Below the pieces are notes generated by a model, which was not told the DNA's origin, searched no databases, and was given only the letters and a program-made list of their open reading frames with translations. A stretch of 64,000 nucleotides of DNA, from NCBI GenBank assembly GCA_963663865.1, contig OY760686.1, positions 1,920,001 through 1,984,000 on the forward strand. Reading direction: 5' to 3'. The DNA is from Spirochaetota bacterium (GTDB taxonomy: Bacteria > Spirochaetota > UBA4802 > UBA5550). The translations under genes were made by a program, and so were the position numbers. Shown here piece by piece: positions 31,011-41,371 of this stretch. Position 1 is the first letter of the stretch. The number at the start of each line of letters is the position of its first letter.

Positions 31011-32057
31011 ATGAAAAAAGCAACAATAATCGGCGCCACAGGCTTTGGAGGCCTTGGGCTTATTGAAATACTCCTTAACCATCCCGGGTTCAAAATTCAT
31101 CAGCTCGTTGCCCGGAAGGACACCGGCAAGCCTGTCAGCGCTGTGTTTCCGCATCTCAAAGGCAGCTGCGATCTGCAGGTCGCCTCTTCGGAAGAGATTG
31201 ACTACGATACGGACATAGCTTTTTTTTCAACCCCTGACAGAGCCGGCATGACAATGATCTCTGATTTCATAAAAAAGGGAATACCTGTTATTGATTTCAG
31301 CGGTGATTTCCGTTTTTCAAACACAGACGATTATAGTGTCTACGCGAAAAATAAGGGGATGGATGATACTCACTGCGCACCGGATGTTATGGCTGATGCT
31401 GTATATGGCCTCCCGGAGAAGTATGCCGATAAAATCGCTGCTGCAAGAGTTGTCGGTAATCCAGGCTGTTTTGCAATCTGTATGATACTCGGGCTTCTAC
31501 CAGCTGTGGAAGCAGGGCTGATCTCCGCTGAAACAAGCATTATTTGTGATGGCAAAAGCGGAGTTTCGGGCGCGGGAAAGAGCTCAGGCGAGGCAAACCT
31601 CTTTCCGCAGCGGCTGGAAAATGTAAACACATACAGGGAGGGCCGCCATCAGCATCTTGTTGAGGTCGAGAACATAATAAACTCAGTATCACAGGACAAG
31701 CTTAAGCTCTTCTTTGTCCCTCAGGTTGTTCCGATGAGCCGGGGGATTCTCAACAATATGTACGCAGACCTTAAGCCTGGAACAACGACAGATGATCTCC
31801 TTGAAGTATACATTGACTATTATAAGAATGCGCCATTCGTTTCTGTAACAGATAGTTCGCCTAACACGGCAGACGTAAGGGGCTCAAACAGATGCATTGT
31901 CAGGCCTTTTGCCGACGAGAGGACCGGAAGGCTTCTGGTAACATCGGTGATTGACAATCTTTTAAAGGGCCAGTCGGGCAATGCCGTCCAGAATGCCAAT
32001 ATCATGATGGGATACGATCAGACCACGGGCCTTCAGAGAGTACCCTTTTATCCGTGA
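31011..32057 (+). CDS. argC: N-acetyl-gamma-glutamyl-phosphate reductase
   Basis: IIGATGFGG, DFSGDFR, YGLPE, NPGC, SGVSGAG, DNLLKGQSGNAVQ. Confidence 0.95.
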   Translation: MKKATIIGATGFGGLGLIEILLNHPGFKIHQLVARKDTGKPVSAVFPHLKGSCDLQVASSEEIDYDTDIAFFSTPDRAGMTMISDFIKKGIPVIDFSGDFRFSNTDDYSVYAKNKGMDDTHCAPDVMADAVYGLPEKYADKIAAARVVGNPGCFAICMILGLLPAVEAGLISAETSIICDGKSGVSGAGKSSGEANLFPQRLENVNTYREGRHQHLVEVENIINSVSQDKLKLFFVPQVVPMSRGILNNMYADLKPGTTTDDLLEVYIDYYKNAPFVSVTDSSPNTADVRGSNRCIVRPFADERTGRLLVTSVIDNLLKGQSGNAVQNANIMMGYDQTTGLQRVPFYP

Positions 32058-32093
32058 TAGTACAAAGAATTTAATTGTGAGCGTTATAGCCTG

Positions 32094-33845
32094 ATGTCCG
32101 AAGAATTCACAAGCGGAACGATTGCCTCACCCGGTATTAGAATCGGAAGGGCCCGTGTCCTGAGCAGAAGAAATCCAGATATTCCGCGTTATTTTATTAA
32201 CACCTGGAACATCAACAATGAGATTTCCAGATTCGAAGAAGCTGTCCACTCAACCAAAAGCGATATCGAGACTATACAGCGACAGGTCGCCATAACCCTC
32301 TCGTCCGAGATGTCCGACATTTTTGCCACACATGTCATGATACTTGAAGACCCCCTCCTTGTTGAAAAGGCCAAGGACATAATCAGAAGAGAACAAAAAA
32401 ACGCGGAATGGGCCATCAATGATATCATTGTTGAGTACACAAACAATCTTGAAGCTTCCGGTGATGATTACCTCAAGGAGCGAATAGTAGATTTTTCTGA
32501 TCTGAACAGGCGTATAATATCCAACTTGATGAATCACAGAGAAAAACCTCTGATGGACGTATCCGAAGGCGATATTCTTGTTGCGGCCGATTTTACTCCC
32601 GGTGAAACGGCCTGTATGAACAGGATGGCGATATCAGCATTTGTTACCGACAGGGGCGGAAGAACTTCCCACACGGCGATTATGGCACGAGCTCTGGGAA
32701 TACCTGCAATTGTCGGAGCCATAAACGCAACGGCATCCGTCAAAACCGGGGATATGCTCATTGTTGACGCCATACACGGTAGAGTCATAATCAACCCATC
32801 AGAAGAGGTCCTGAAAGAATACAAACAGTATGAGCATGACTACACCCGAATTGAGGCGGAGCTTGAATTGCTTTCAAATCTGGGAGCAAAAACCTCTGAC
32901 AACGAGGAAATATTCATCTATGGGAATGTCGAGGTTCCTGAGGAGATGAAATCAGTAAGCCGATTCGGAGCTCATGGAATAGGCCTGTACAGGTCAGAAT
33001 TTCTGTTCATGGGCAAGAAGCTCCCCGATGAGGAGGCGCAATTCCAGGCATACAGAACGGCAGCTGAATTTTTCGACCCTCAGCCTGTAACCATCAGGAC
33101 TATCGATATCGGCGGTGACAAGATAATCAGCTATACGGAATCCATGAAGGAGAAAAATCCTTTTCTGGGATGCAGGGCGATCCGATTCTGCCTGGATAAT
33201 GAAGAGCTGTTTCGGATACAGCTTAGAGCGATTTTAAGGGCAAGCGCTTACGGCAATGTGCGCATACTTTTCCCCATGATTTCATGCGTTGGCGAATTAA
33301 AGGAGGCCCAAAAGATACTATCAGACGTAAAATCTGAACTTGACTCAGCAGGAATCACCTACAAAAAAGACATCAAAGCAGGAATAATGATTGAAGTCCC
33401 CTCTGCTGCTATTAACGCGGACAGGCTTGCTTCCTATTGTGACTTCTTCTCGGTAGGCACAAATGACCTGGTACAGTACATTCTTGCCGTTGACCGCATC
33501 AACGAAAAGATAGCCAGGCTTTACAACCCCGCTGATCCAGCGGTACTACGTTTTCTCAGAATGATTTCAGATTCGGCTGCCCGTTCAGACGTACCTGTTT
33601 CGATCTGCGGCGAGATGGCTGGCGACCCTGTTTACACAATGCTTCTGATTGGACTGGGCTTCCGTCACCTTTCGATGAGCCCTGCCTTCATGTATCAGGT
33701 AAAAAACGTAGTAAGATCAGTCAGCTCGGAAGAATGCAGAGTCCTGGCAGAAGAGCTGATGACTGAAGAAGACGGCGACATTGTTCGCCGCAGGATATAC
33801 GAAATATACGACAGAAGATTTAACAGTTTCAGAAAAAAGGCATGA
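32094..33845 (+). CDS. ptsI: PEP-protein phosphotransferase (PTS enzyme I)
   Basis: RTSHTAI (phospho-His), GLYRSE, NPFLGCR, MIEVP, GTNDL, ICGE. Confidence 0.96.
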   Translation: MSEEFTSGTIASPGIRIGRARVLSRRNPDIPRYFINTWNINNEISRFEEAVHSTKSDIETIQRQVAITLSSEMSDIFATHVMILEDPLLVEKAKDIIRREQKNAEWAINDIIVEYTNNLEASGDDYLKERIVDFSDLNRRIISNLMNHREKPLMDVSEGDILVAADFTPGETACMNRMAISAFVTDRGGRTSHTAIMARALGIPAIVGAINATASVKTGDMLIVDAIHGRVIINPSEEVLKEYKQYEHDYTRIEAELELLSNLGAKTSDNEEIFIYGNVEVPEEMKSVSRFGAHGIGLYRSEFLFMGKKLPDEEAQFQAYRTAAEFFDPQPVTIRTIDIGGDKIISYTESMKEKNPFLGCRAIRFCLDNEELFRIQLRAILRASAYGNVRILFPMISCVGELKEAQKILSDVKSELDSAGITYKKDIKAGIMIEVPSAAINADRLASYCDFFSVGTNDLVQYILAVDRINEKIARLYNPADPAVLRFLRMISDSAARSDVPVSICGEMAGDPVYTMLLIGLGFRHLSMSPAFMYQVKNVVRSVSSEECRVLAEELMTEEDGDIVRRRIYEIYDRRFNSFRKKA

Positions 33846-34597
33846 AACTTTACACTGAACTTGCAGAATACTACTTCTCGATTGAAGAGAACCACAGGGA
33901 CATCAGCGACGATGTATCCTTTGTACGTTCAATTCTTCTGGATGAAAGCGCCCCTGCCCTCCTCGATATAGGATGCGGAACGGGTGAGCACCTGAATATT
34001 CTATCGCGCTATGGAATTACCTGTACTGGGCTTGACAGCAGCCCAAAAATGCTCGAAATTGCCAGAGCCCGTCAGGGTAACAGAATAAAGTTCATAGATT
34101 CAGATATGCGGGATTTTGACATGTACGAGGAATTCGACATGGCCATCTCACTGTTCGGATCAATGAACTATCTTGTCGACGACAGCGAGGTGGACAGGAC
34201 TTTTTGGAATATCTGGCGAGCGCTTAAGCCGGGAGGCAGACTGCTCATTGAGCTATGGAACTCATATCCGATAGAGATTATCCGTGAGAAGGAGATTTCA
34301 CGCGTATCTCTCACTCAGTTCGGAAATATCCAGATTGAGAGAGAAAGAGGTTTCAGGAAGATTGATTCCTTTGGGGGGCGAACCGTCTGTGAGGTAAACT
34401 ACATATACCATGTCCACAAAAACGGGGCAACAGAGGAGATCAGAGACAGGCACATTATGAGGTCATTTTCGATGAACGAAATAGAGCCCTTCATCCGGGA
34501 CAACGGTTTTGTTATTGAAAACGTATACTCAAGCGTACTAAAGGAACCCGTAACGCCCAGATCAAAAAAGATGATATTCTTATGCACAAAGGAGTAG
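33842..34597 (+). CDS. Class I SAM-dependent methyltransferase
   Basis: LLDIGCGTG, GLDSS, DMRDF, LKPGG; ATGA overlap with ptsI. Confidence 0.9.
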   Translation: MKLYTELAEYYFSIEENHRDISDDVSFVRSILLDESAPALLDIGCGTGEHLNILSRYGITCTGLDSSPKMLEIARARQGNRIKFIDSDMRDFDMYEEFDMAISLFGSMNYLVDDSEVDRTFWNIWRALKPGGRLLIELWNSYPIEIIREKEISRVSLTQFGNIQIERERGFRKIDSFGGRTVCEVNYIYHVHKNGATEEIRDRHIMRSFSMNEIEPFIRDNGFVIENVYSSVLKEPVTPRSKKMIFLCTKE

Positions 34598-34603
34598 CGT
34601 GGG

Positions 34604-35095
34604 TCAGCCCCTCAGAACAAGGGATGAAGCCGAAGCCGCAATTCCTTCACCTCTTCCGGTAAAACCGAGTCCTTCCGTTGTTGTACCCTTGATGCCAATT
34701 CTGGAGACGTCAAGGCCGTTCATGGCCCTGGATATATTGTTTTTCATAGTTTCTATGTAAGGAGCGATCTTAGGCCTGTCGCAAATTACTGTACAGTCAA
34801 TTGAAATGACCTGGATACCGCCATCATCAAGCATGCCGAAAACCTGACTCAGAAGATCAAGGCTGTAAATATCCTTATAGTTTTGATCGGAATCCGGGAA
34901 TAACCTTCCAATATCTGGAAGAGAGGAAGCGCCCAATAGTGAATCCATCAAGGCATGAAGCAGTACATCGGCATCGGAATGACCGACAAGCCCCTCGGGA
35001 TGATCAATCTCTGCGCCGCCCAAAACGAGGGGCCTGTTAGCGCCAAAACGGTGAACATCAAAGCCGTTTCCGATTCGAAGAGAAAGTATATCCAC
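34604..35095 (-). CDS. ispF: 2-C-methyl-D-erythritol 2,4-cyclodiphosphate synthase
   Basis: GFDVH, GHSDADV, DIG-LFP, TTTEGLGFTGRGEG. Confidence 0.97.
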   Translation of the reverse strand: MDILSLRIGNGFDVHRFGANRPLVLGGAEIDHPEGLVGHSDADVLLHALMDSLLGASSLPDIGRLFPDSDQNYKDIYSLDLLSQVFGMLDDGGIQVISIDCTVICDRPKIAPYIETMKNNISRAMNGLDVSRIGIKGTTTEGLGFTGRGEGIAASASSLVLRG

Positions 35096-35107
35096 AGAGG
35101 CCGACCG

Positions 35108-35407
35108 TTAAATATTGAAAACGTCAGAAAGCGAACTCAGCTTAAGTACATTAAGAACCTTTGAGCTTACTTTATTGATGTTGAGGGATTTACCCTTTTT
35201 TTTCTGGAGCTTTAAAAGGCTGATGAGTACACCAACACCTGAAGAATCGATATAGTCAACCGCAGAAAGGTCGATCTCAATATCCTTGTCGATATTCTGT
35301 CCAATCTCAAACAGCTTCTGTTTGAAAGTCTTGATGGTCATCATCTCGATGTCGCCTTCAACAGTCACGAGAACTCTGTCGTCACTTTCTTTGATGTCAA
35401 TTTCCAT
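35108..35407 (-). CDS. STAS-domain anti-sigma-factor antagonist
   Basis: DLSAVDYIDSSGVG; ATG 35407 has an AGG RBS. Confidence 0.92.
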   Translation of the reverse strand: MEIDIKESDDRVLVTVEGDIEMMTIKTFKQKLFEIGQNIDKDIEIDLSAVDYIDSSGVGVLISLLKLQKKKGKSLNINKVSSKVLNVLKLSSLSDVFNI

Positions 35408-35684
35408 ATAGTACCTGTTTAATCGGTTTGTATGCTTCCAAAACAATGCTCAAAAAACACTTATGTGCTTATACATCTTAAAAAAGGAAAAATTGTCTTG
35501 CTTACGTATCATTCGGAATATACAATAGAAAAGGTCTGTTTGTCCAGAATCTTTTATATTTTCGTCATCTATACGGTTATATTTAATCTATTATTTGTGT
35601 ATTTTCCATAACTGGACGAATCATACCGCTTCAGACAGGATGGTTTATAAAGTATTATTTAACTCTGCCATGAGGATAAACACG

Positions 35685-36041
35685 GTGAATAGAATTTTAC
35701 TCATTTCTTTTATTGTATTAATAACAGGCAGCTTCCTTACGGGAGCTGATATTAATGACAATAGTGTAAAAAATATGATAGGCATCTCAGAATCCAGACT
35801 TGCGAGTTACATTGAAGAGCATCATCCACAGGCCGTTAAAGATGATATCTCTCAAATAGAAAAAACTATCGGTAAATCAAAACGCCTTCTTTCGGAGGGT
35901 AAAACGAGCGAAGCGTACTACATAATAAGCCTTACAGCGCCACAGTTCAAAAAGCTGCAGGCACGTATTGAATATCAGCAGACTTTGAATAAATACAATG
36001 AATTGGAGGGGCACATATCTGTTCCGGAGGTAAGCAAATGA
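35685..36041 (+). CDS. Exported helical hypothetical protein (DUF4398-like)
   Basis: Signal peptide, helical body, ATGA coupling to the OmpA-like gene; GTG start inferred from a GAGG RBS. Confidence 0.5.
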   Translation: MNRILLISFIVLITGSFLTGADINDNSVKNMIGISESRLASYIEEHHPQAVKDDISQIEKTIGKSKRLLSEGKTSEAYYIISLTAPQFKKLQARIEYQQTLNKYNELEGHISVPEVSK

Positions 36042-36781
36042 AATTGAGGATATTATCGTCAGCCATTATCCTGCTTTTTGCCGTGGCAGCCCATTCTTTT
36101 ACTGAAACAGATTATAACGACGCTATAAAAAAGGCCTCTGAAGCGATTGAGCGTCTGGAAAAAGACGAAAACATTAAACCTTATATCCCATACGGGATTT
36201 ACGCCGATCTGGTTGTATCAATTAGAGCAGCACGTTCATCATTTGGAACCGGCAATATAGATGAAGCATATTTTCACGCGCGGGCAGCGATTGAATACGC
36301 TGAAACCGTTGCCATCATTGCGGACACCAGGCGTATGGGAAAAGAGATTGAGATTGCCAATACGATTTCAAAGATAGAAACGCGTATCGCGGAGAGTGAA
36401 GCGTCAAGGTATTCGCTTCTGCTTGCATCCGGATTTCGAAAGAAGGGGAATTGCTACACCGTTGATATTTCTGACGGGCTCGTATTCGGAAAAAACCGGG
36501 GAGCTTTGAGCGTTTCCGGAGAAGAGAGGCTTAATAAGCTCGTACAGATTATCAAGAAGCTGGGTCCCTCAGGAGTAGTCATTGCCGGACATACGTCAAA
36601 ACGCGATGTGAAAAACTATTCCGCAAGAAAAGCCGGCATAGTTGAGTCATTTCTGATAAAGCAGGGAGTAGATTCCGGCCTTATACGAAAGGCGTCATTT
36701 GGAGACACCGTAGCTGCCGATACCGCCGCCGGATTTATAAAGGCTGACAGGATAGAGATTGTTCTCGAGGGGCTTCAGTAA
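36038..36781 (+). CDS. Exported protein with a divergent OmpA/MotB-like C-terminal domain
   Basis: Signal peptide, helical N-domain, IAGHTS...YSARKA...V...L..GV...FG...RIEIV. Confidence 0.7.
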   Translation: MKLRILSSAIILLFAVAAHSFTETDYNDAIKKASEAIERLEKDENIKPYIPYGIYADLVVSIRAARSSFGTGNIDEAYFHARAAIEYAETVAIIADTRRMGKEIEIANTISKIETRIAESEASRYSLLLASGFRKKGNCYTVDISDGLVFGKNRGALSVSGEERLNKLVQIIKKLGPSGVVIAGHTSKRDVKNYSARKAGIVESFLIKQGVDSGLIRKASFGDTVAADTAAGFIKADRIEIVLEGLQ

Positions 36782-38783
36782 GCTCTGACGCGGACGGCCT
36801 GATTTTTTCAATAAGCACCCTCAGCCTTGTGCGGCCCATAAAGCTCTCTCGGCTTAGAGAGCCCAAAACATCAAAGGTCGGGCTTTCATGAAAAACACGC
36901 TCCATTACACGGGCCATGTTCCAGCCTATTGCCTCGGCATATTCAGGATTGATAAGGTCGTATCTGCCATGCTGTTTATCAGCTCCAAAGGCAGTGAAGT
37001 TTTCAGCTCTAAGATTTCTTATTATAAAGAGCGGAGACGGATTGTCCCTTCCGAAAGGCTCAAGGCCTTTAAGGGCATTCAGAAAGGATGATGAAATGTC
37101 GTTTGAGCCGATTTCCATGTCAGCGGGCTGTTCCACAGCAGCAAAGTTCTTTTCGGAAAGGCCTGCGGATATCCGGCTTTGAATCTCATTAAGCGCGTCC
37201 CTGCTGGCCGTAAAACCAAAGGCCTGGGGGTGTCCGCCGATTCTTTCAAACAGGTCAATTAAAGGTTCGACAGCCGAATAGAAGTCGAAACCTTCAGGCG
37301 CACGGCCGGAACCTCTGACAAAGCCGGGTTCCTCTGAAACGGAGGCGTATACAATCACCGGCTTTGCATATTTGTCGCTTATTCTGTTTGCAACAAGTCC
37401 GGTCAGCCCCTCCTCCATGTCTCCGCCATTGACAAAAATAAACCCACCGGATGCGTCAACCGTTCCGCTTCGAATCATTTCCAGCACTTTTGAACATTCG
37501 GCTGTAACGGTCCTTTTCCTTTTTTCGTTCAGCCTCTTAATCTCGTTTACCAGCTCTTCACTGTTTCCGCTGTTTAAAAGAAAATCGGCCGTCATTTCCG
37601 CCATTCCAAATCTGCCGGGAGTGTTTAGCAGCGGGGCGATCTCCCAGCCGATTTTTTTACAGCTCATCGGACCGCCGTCAATTACGCGCCTCAGGTTTTC
37701 ATGTGTTGTGGATTCAAGTTCTCTCATCCCATGGCATATAATGACCCTGTTTTCACCGGTCATGGGCATGATATCCGCTATGCTGCCTAACGCCACCATC
37801 TGAGAAGCGGACGATATGAACTCCCTTATCTTCGCTGGTGAAAAATGCTGGTATTCCTTAAAAAGAGAAATCAGGGGGATAATACCGGTCCGTGTCGCGG
37901 CAGCTTCCGTAACTCCGTTTTTTGCGGGATTCAATACGGCAACTTTTTTCCCAGGGAAAAGCGGGCTGATTTTGCTGTAATCCGCTTCAGATGTCAGCAT
38001 GATTGAGGATTCATCTTTGAATGATTCAATGTAATCTCGCAGTGTTTCAAAGTCAGGTTTTTCTGCGGACTCACGGACAACCCCCTCTGTCAGCATGGCC
38101 ACTTCATATCCCTCAGCCTTCGAAGCTATCAGGAAGACCCTGCTGTTGAATACCGGCAGGTAGCTCATGAGAACGGCCAGAGCGGTCTTATACGCCACCC
38201 CTACGCCCGCAAGGTTCTTATCTGGATATGAACACTCTTTAAGCCTTGGGTTAACGACAATAGCAGGCGGAATTTCATCGCCCTGCTCATGGTGATCCGT
38301 TACTATTACATCAATTCCACGGGAAACAGCGTATTTGATTTCATTGACATCCTTTATGCCTGAGTCGACTGTGATAAGCAGCGTAACTCGCTTATCCGCC
38401 ATCTCGTCGACGACGGACTCAGTAAGACCATAGGGCTCATCCTTGACAGGGAAACGGTATGAAGGGGTTATGGAAAACTTCTCAAAAAGCGACATCATAA
38501 CAGCGAGAGAGCTGAGTCCATCGAGATCGGAATCAGCGAATATACCGATCCTTTCGCCCGATGATATGGCCTTCTTTATTCTTTCGACAGCTTCACTCAT
38601 TCCCGAAAGCCGAAACGGGCTGTGGCACTGATAGAAGCCCGGATTGAGAAATGCATCTATTTCGTCCGCGCTTCTTATGCCCCTGGCGTTGAGTATTCTG
38701 AGAACCCTTCTGTCAGCTGAAAGCAGCGAAGCGGACTCTTTGAGAAGGTCTTCATCTACTTCCCTGAGCGGCCATTCAGACAT
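36735..38783 (-). CDS. recJ: Single-stranded DNA exonuclease RecJ
   Basis: DSDLDG, VDSG, TDHH, NP, LAGVGVAYK, ADIM, GSGR, GGHPQAFG. Confidence 0.93.
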   Translation of the reverse strand: MSEWPLREVDEDLLKESASLLSADRRVLRILNARGIRSADEIDAFLNPGFYQCHSPFRLSGMSEAVERIKKAISSGERIGIFADSDLDGLSSLAVMMSLFEKFSITPSYRFPVKDEPYGLTESVVDEMADKRVTLLITVDSGIKDVNEIKYAVSRGIDVIVTDHHEQGDEIPPAIVVNPRLKECSYPDKNLAGVGVAYKTALAVLMSYLPVFNSRVFLIASKAEGYEVAMLTEGVVRESAEKPDFETLRDYIESFKDESSIMLTSEADYSKISPLFPGKKVAVLNPAKNGVTEAAATRTGIIPLISLFKEYQHFSPAKIREFISSASQMVALGSIADIMPMTGENRVIICHGMRELESTTHENLRRVIDGGPMSCKKIGWEIAPLLNTPGRFGMAEMTADFLLNSGNSEELVNEIKRLNEKRKRTVTAECSKVLEMIRSGTVDASGGFIFVNGGDMEEGLTGLVANRISDKYAKPVIVYASVSEEPGFVRGSGRAPEGFDFYSAVEPLIDLFERIGGHPQAFGFTASRDALNEIQSRISAGLSEKNFAAVEQPADMEIGSNDISSSFLNALKGLEPFGRDNPSPLFIIRNLRAENFTAFGADKQHGRYDLINPEYAEAIGWNMARVMERVFHESPTFDVLGSLSRESFMGRTRLRVLIEKIRPSASELTEAPREQSLSCQPL

Positions 38784-38789
38784 TCGGCT

Positions 38790-39455
38790 TCATCCTTCCT
38801 TTCGTTCAAGGGCCTTTTCCGAGTAGTGAATGGCCTTGTCAAGATACGCGCGTGAAACGCTTTCAATTCTGAATTTCTTGATTTTTGAAGCAATTTCCCT
38901 GATCTCATTGATCATCAACTCAGACTTTTTGTCCGCGATGGATATGCTTCCGTCAATCTGTTTGCATATTGTTTCAGAGGATATCTTTATTTTAAGAGAA
39001 AGCGTATTGAAATATACAGCCAGCTTGAGGGCCCTGATAATTGCCGTGTATGTGGAGTATGGCTCGCTGTTTGTACCGGTATACTGAGAAACCCTTCCAA
39101 CCTGCCTGTCATCCTGATCGTGAATGACAAGGCCTATTCCTGATGGGCCGGTTTTTTTGCCGTCAACAAAAGCCGCAGTATATATAGAGAGTTGCGAACT
39201 TACTGGAACCGCGGAGAGCTCGGCACCGACAAGAAGAGCCGCTGCTTCGCTGTCCTCTTCAGGCTTTTTTGGTTCCTGTTTTTTTATGATAATCTTTTTT
39301 CTTGATAGAGGCTTTTCATATTTAGCGAGAATATCTCTCGCCCTTCTGATAACACCGCTCACATCGTCTTCAGAACAGGCCGAAAGCTCGGCAATCTTTG
39401 ATACTGACTTGCCCTCGGCAAGAAGTTGAAGAACTCTGTCAATACTTAAAAGCAT
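38790..39455 (-). CDS. HTH-like N-terminus fused to an RNase HI-like domain lacking catalytic acidic residues
   Basis: VLQLLAEGKSVSKIAEL HTH-like segment; GPSGIGLVI, AIIRALKLA, QIDG and VSR RNase HI scaffold; context downstream of nif3/zinc ribbon. Confidence 0.7.
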   Translation of the reverse strand: MLLSIDRVLQLLAEGKSVSKIAELSACSEDDVSGVIRRARDILAKYEKPLSRKKIIIKKQEPKKPEEDSEAAALLVGAELSAVPVSSQLSIYTAAFVDGKKTGPSGIGLVIHDQDDRQVGRVSQYTGTNSEPYSTYTAIIRALKLAVYFNTLSLKIKISSETICKQIDGSISIADKKSELMINEIREIASKIKKFRIESVSRAYLDKAIHYSEKALERKEG

Positions 39456-39565
39456 ATAATAATCCTGTGTATGTTGTAATTAGATCGGCATGCTCTCAGG
39501 CGCTTCGCGTCCGGGCGTAAAGCCTTAATCTCTATCTGTTCAACGTAAGCATAACGGTTTCAAAG

Positions 39566-39598
39566 AAAAAAAATAAAATAATTATCCCGCAAGGGATA
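39566..39598 (-). terminator. Intrinsic terminator after the zinc-ribbon gene
   Basis: Minus strand TATCCC-TTGC-GGGATA followed by a T-rich tract, directly after the stop codon. Confidence 0.65.
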
Positions 39599-40300
39599 TC
39601 ACTCGGCGTAAATATACCTTCCACAATTTGTGCAGCTAATAATGGCATTTGTACCGGATGCCTCTACCGCAAGCTGCGAAGGAATCTGAAAGTGACATGC
39701 CCCGCAGACCTCTCCTTCAAGTTTTGCTATTCCGATGCCGTCCTTCGAACCCAGCAGCTTTTTAAATCTCGACTGGTGCGAAACTGTGAGGTTTGGAAAC
39801 AGCGTGTCAAATTTCTCTGTCTCCGCAGCGATATCAGCTTCAAGGGCCGCTATCTTCGAGTTGATGTATTCATTGTCTTTGACAAACTGTTCAGAGGCCT
39901 CAGCAGCGTCTGCCGCGGTTTCTTCGGCTTTCTTTTCGCAATCAGCCTGGTCGTCGATGAGCTGAATCAGCCTTTCAGCGAGAGCTTCATCCTCACCCCT
40001 GGCCTTTTCAATCTCCCTGTCTACTGCCGCGATCTCCTTTTCAGACGCAAGCGTTGTCTTTCTTTCCTGAAGCTTCCTGAGCCTGGCGTCCGCTGTATCG
40101 AGGTCAAGCTCTATCCTCTTAACCTCAGACCTCACATCGGCAAGGCTTTTTGCGGCTGACTGAGACTCTTTGTTCTTCTCTTCAAGTCCGGCCTTCCAGA
40201 AAAGGATGTTCTTGCGGCATCTTGACGTTTCTTCCTTCAGAGACAGGATTCTGCTCCAGTACCTCTGAAGCTCGACCATAATTTTTATATCTTTGTTCAT
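39599..40300 (-). CDS. Coiled-coil protein with a C4 zinc ribbon (DUF164 type)
   Basis: Long coiled coil, then CGACH...CTNCGR. Confidence 0.9.
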   Translation of the reverse strand: MNKDIKIMVELQRYWSRILSLKEETSRCRKNILFWKAGLEEKNKESQSAAKSLADVRSEVKRIELDLDTADARLRKLQERKTTLASEKEIAAVDREIEKARGEDEALAERLIQLIDDQADCEKKAEETAADAAEASEQFVKDNEYINSKIAALEADIAAETEKFDTLFPNLTVSHQSRFKKLLGSKDGIGIAKLEGEVCGACHFQIPSQLAVEASGTNAIISCTNCGRYIYAE

Positions 40301-41109
40301 TGGCGGAAGTAGACCTTGAAGGGATTTTTTGACTGTGTGCTCATAATTAGTCTGATTTCTCCGTCATGGCCGTTTTTTGTCAAGCACTCATGTAATTCAT
40401 CCATTAAAAATCTCAGCATTAGTTTTTCGGTATGATAGTGGCCCGCGTCGATAACGGCGACTCCATGAGCGGCAGCCTCCATTGCAGCGTGATAGCCCAC
40501 GTCTCCGGTCACGATGCAGTCAACCTCACCGGAGGCGGCAATACCCGCAACGGCTTTCCCGCCTGAGCCGTTTAACAGGGCCGCTCTTTTTATTGCACGG
40601 TCATCGTCTCCGCAATATGCGAGGTGTTCCGCTTCAAGTTTCCCGGCGATATTTTCAAGAAAGCCCCTCAAGCTGACCGGTTTTGTTTCAGAGAGCGTCC
40701 CAAATCCGGTTACCCTTCCGTCTTCAAGGGTTTCGCCTCCGAAGAGGACCCTGATGTGTTTCAGCCCGAGTACTGATTCAAGCTTCCGGCAGAACACTCT
40801 GTCGAGATTGGTATGGGCCGAATAGACGCCGATGCCGGATTTAATTAACCTCATTATCACAGAAGACAGCGGGTCTCCTGGCAATATGCTCTTTATTCCG
40901 CGGAAGATGACCGGATGATGGCTCAGGATAAGGCTGGCGCCGGTCCTCTCTGCCTCGAGAACGGTGTCCATTGTGACATCAAGCGTAAGCAGCGCTGTTC
41001 TGATATCGCTGTTTTCCGGTATTACCTGCGGCCCTGAATTGTCATAGTTCTCCTGAAGGCTGAGCGGATATAGAGCTTCAATCAGTTTAAATAATTCCTC
41101 TGCGAGCAA
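40297..41109 (-). CDS. Nif3-like dinuclear metal-centre protein
   Basis: YDNSG, LDVT, SHHPVIF, SAHTNLD, GSG, TGDVGYH, DAGHYHTE; TTG start with GGAGG RBS. Confidence 0.93.
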   Translation of the reverse strand: MLAEELFKLIEALYPLSLQENYDNSGPQVIPENSDIRTALLTLDVTMDTVLEAERTGASLILSHHPVIFRGIKSILPGDPLSSVIMRLIKSGIGVYSAHTNLDRVFCRKLESVLGLKHIRVLFGGETLEDGRVTGFGTLSETKPVSLRGFLENIAGKLEAEHLAYCGDDDRAIKRAALLNGSGGKAVAGIAASGEVDCIVTGDVGYHAAMEAAAHGVAVIDAGHYHTEKLMLRFLMDELHECLTKNGHDGEIRLIMSTQSKNPFKVYFRQ

Positions 41110-41371
41110 TGTAACCTCCAAAAAGTAAATACGCGTTGTCCGGTTCTGTAAGAGCACTATACCTCAGGGTCCAATCGCTGTCATCAATAAATTATGCTTG
41201 ATGCTGAGATACCCGCGCTATATGAGTGAACTTTCGCTTGATATTTCAATATTCAGGAACTATAAATAAAAAACCGGGCAGCCGAGAAGCTCATTATTCA
41301 GGCAGGGCCCTGTTCTTAAAAGCGGATTTTATGAAATTTTGCATTGCAATACAATGATATGGAGAAGACAA

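Noticed and set aside
39456-39565. RNase P or 6S RNA between the zinc-ribbon and RNase H-like genes
   Set aside because: The gap is too short and has no conserved motifs.
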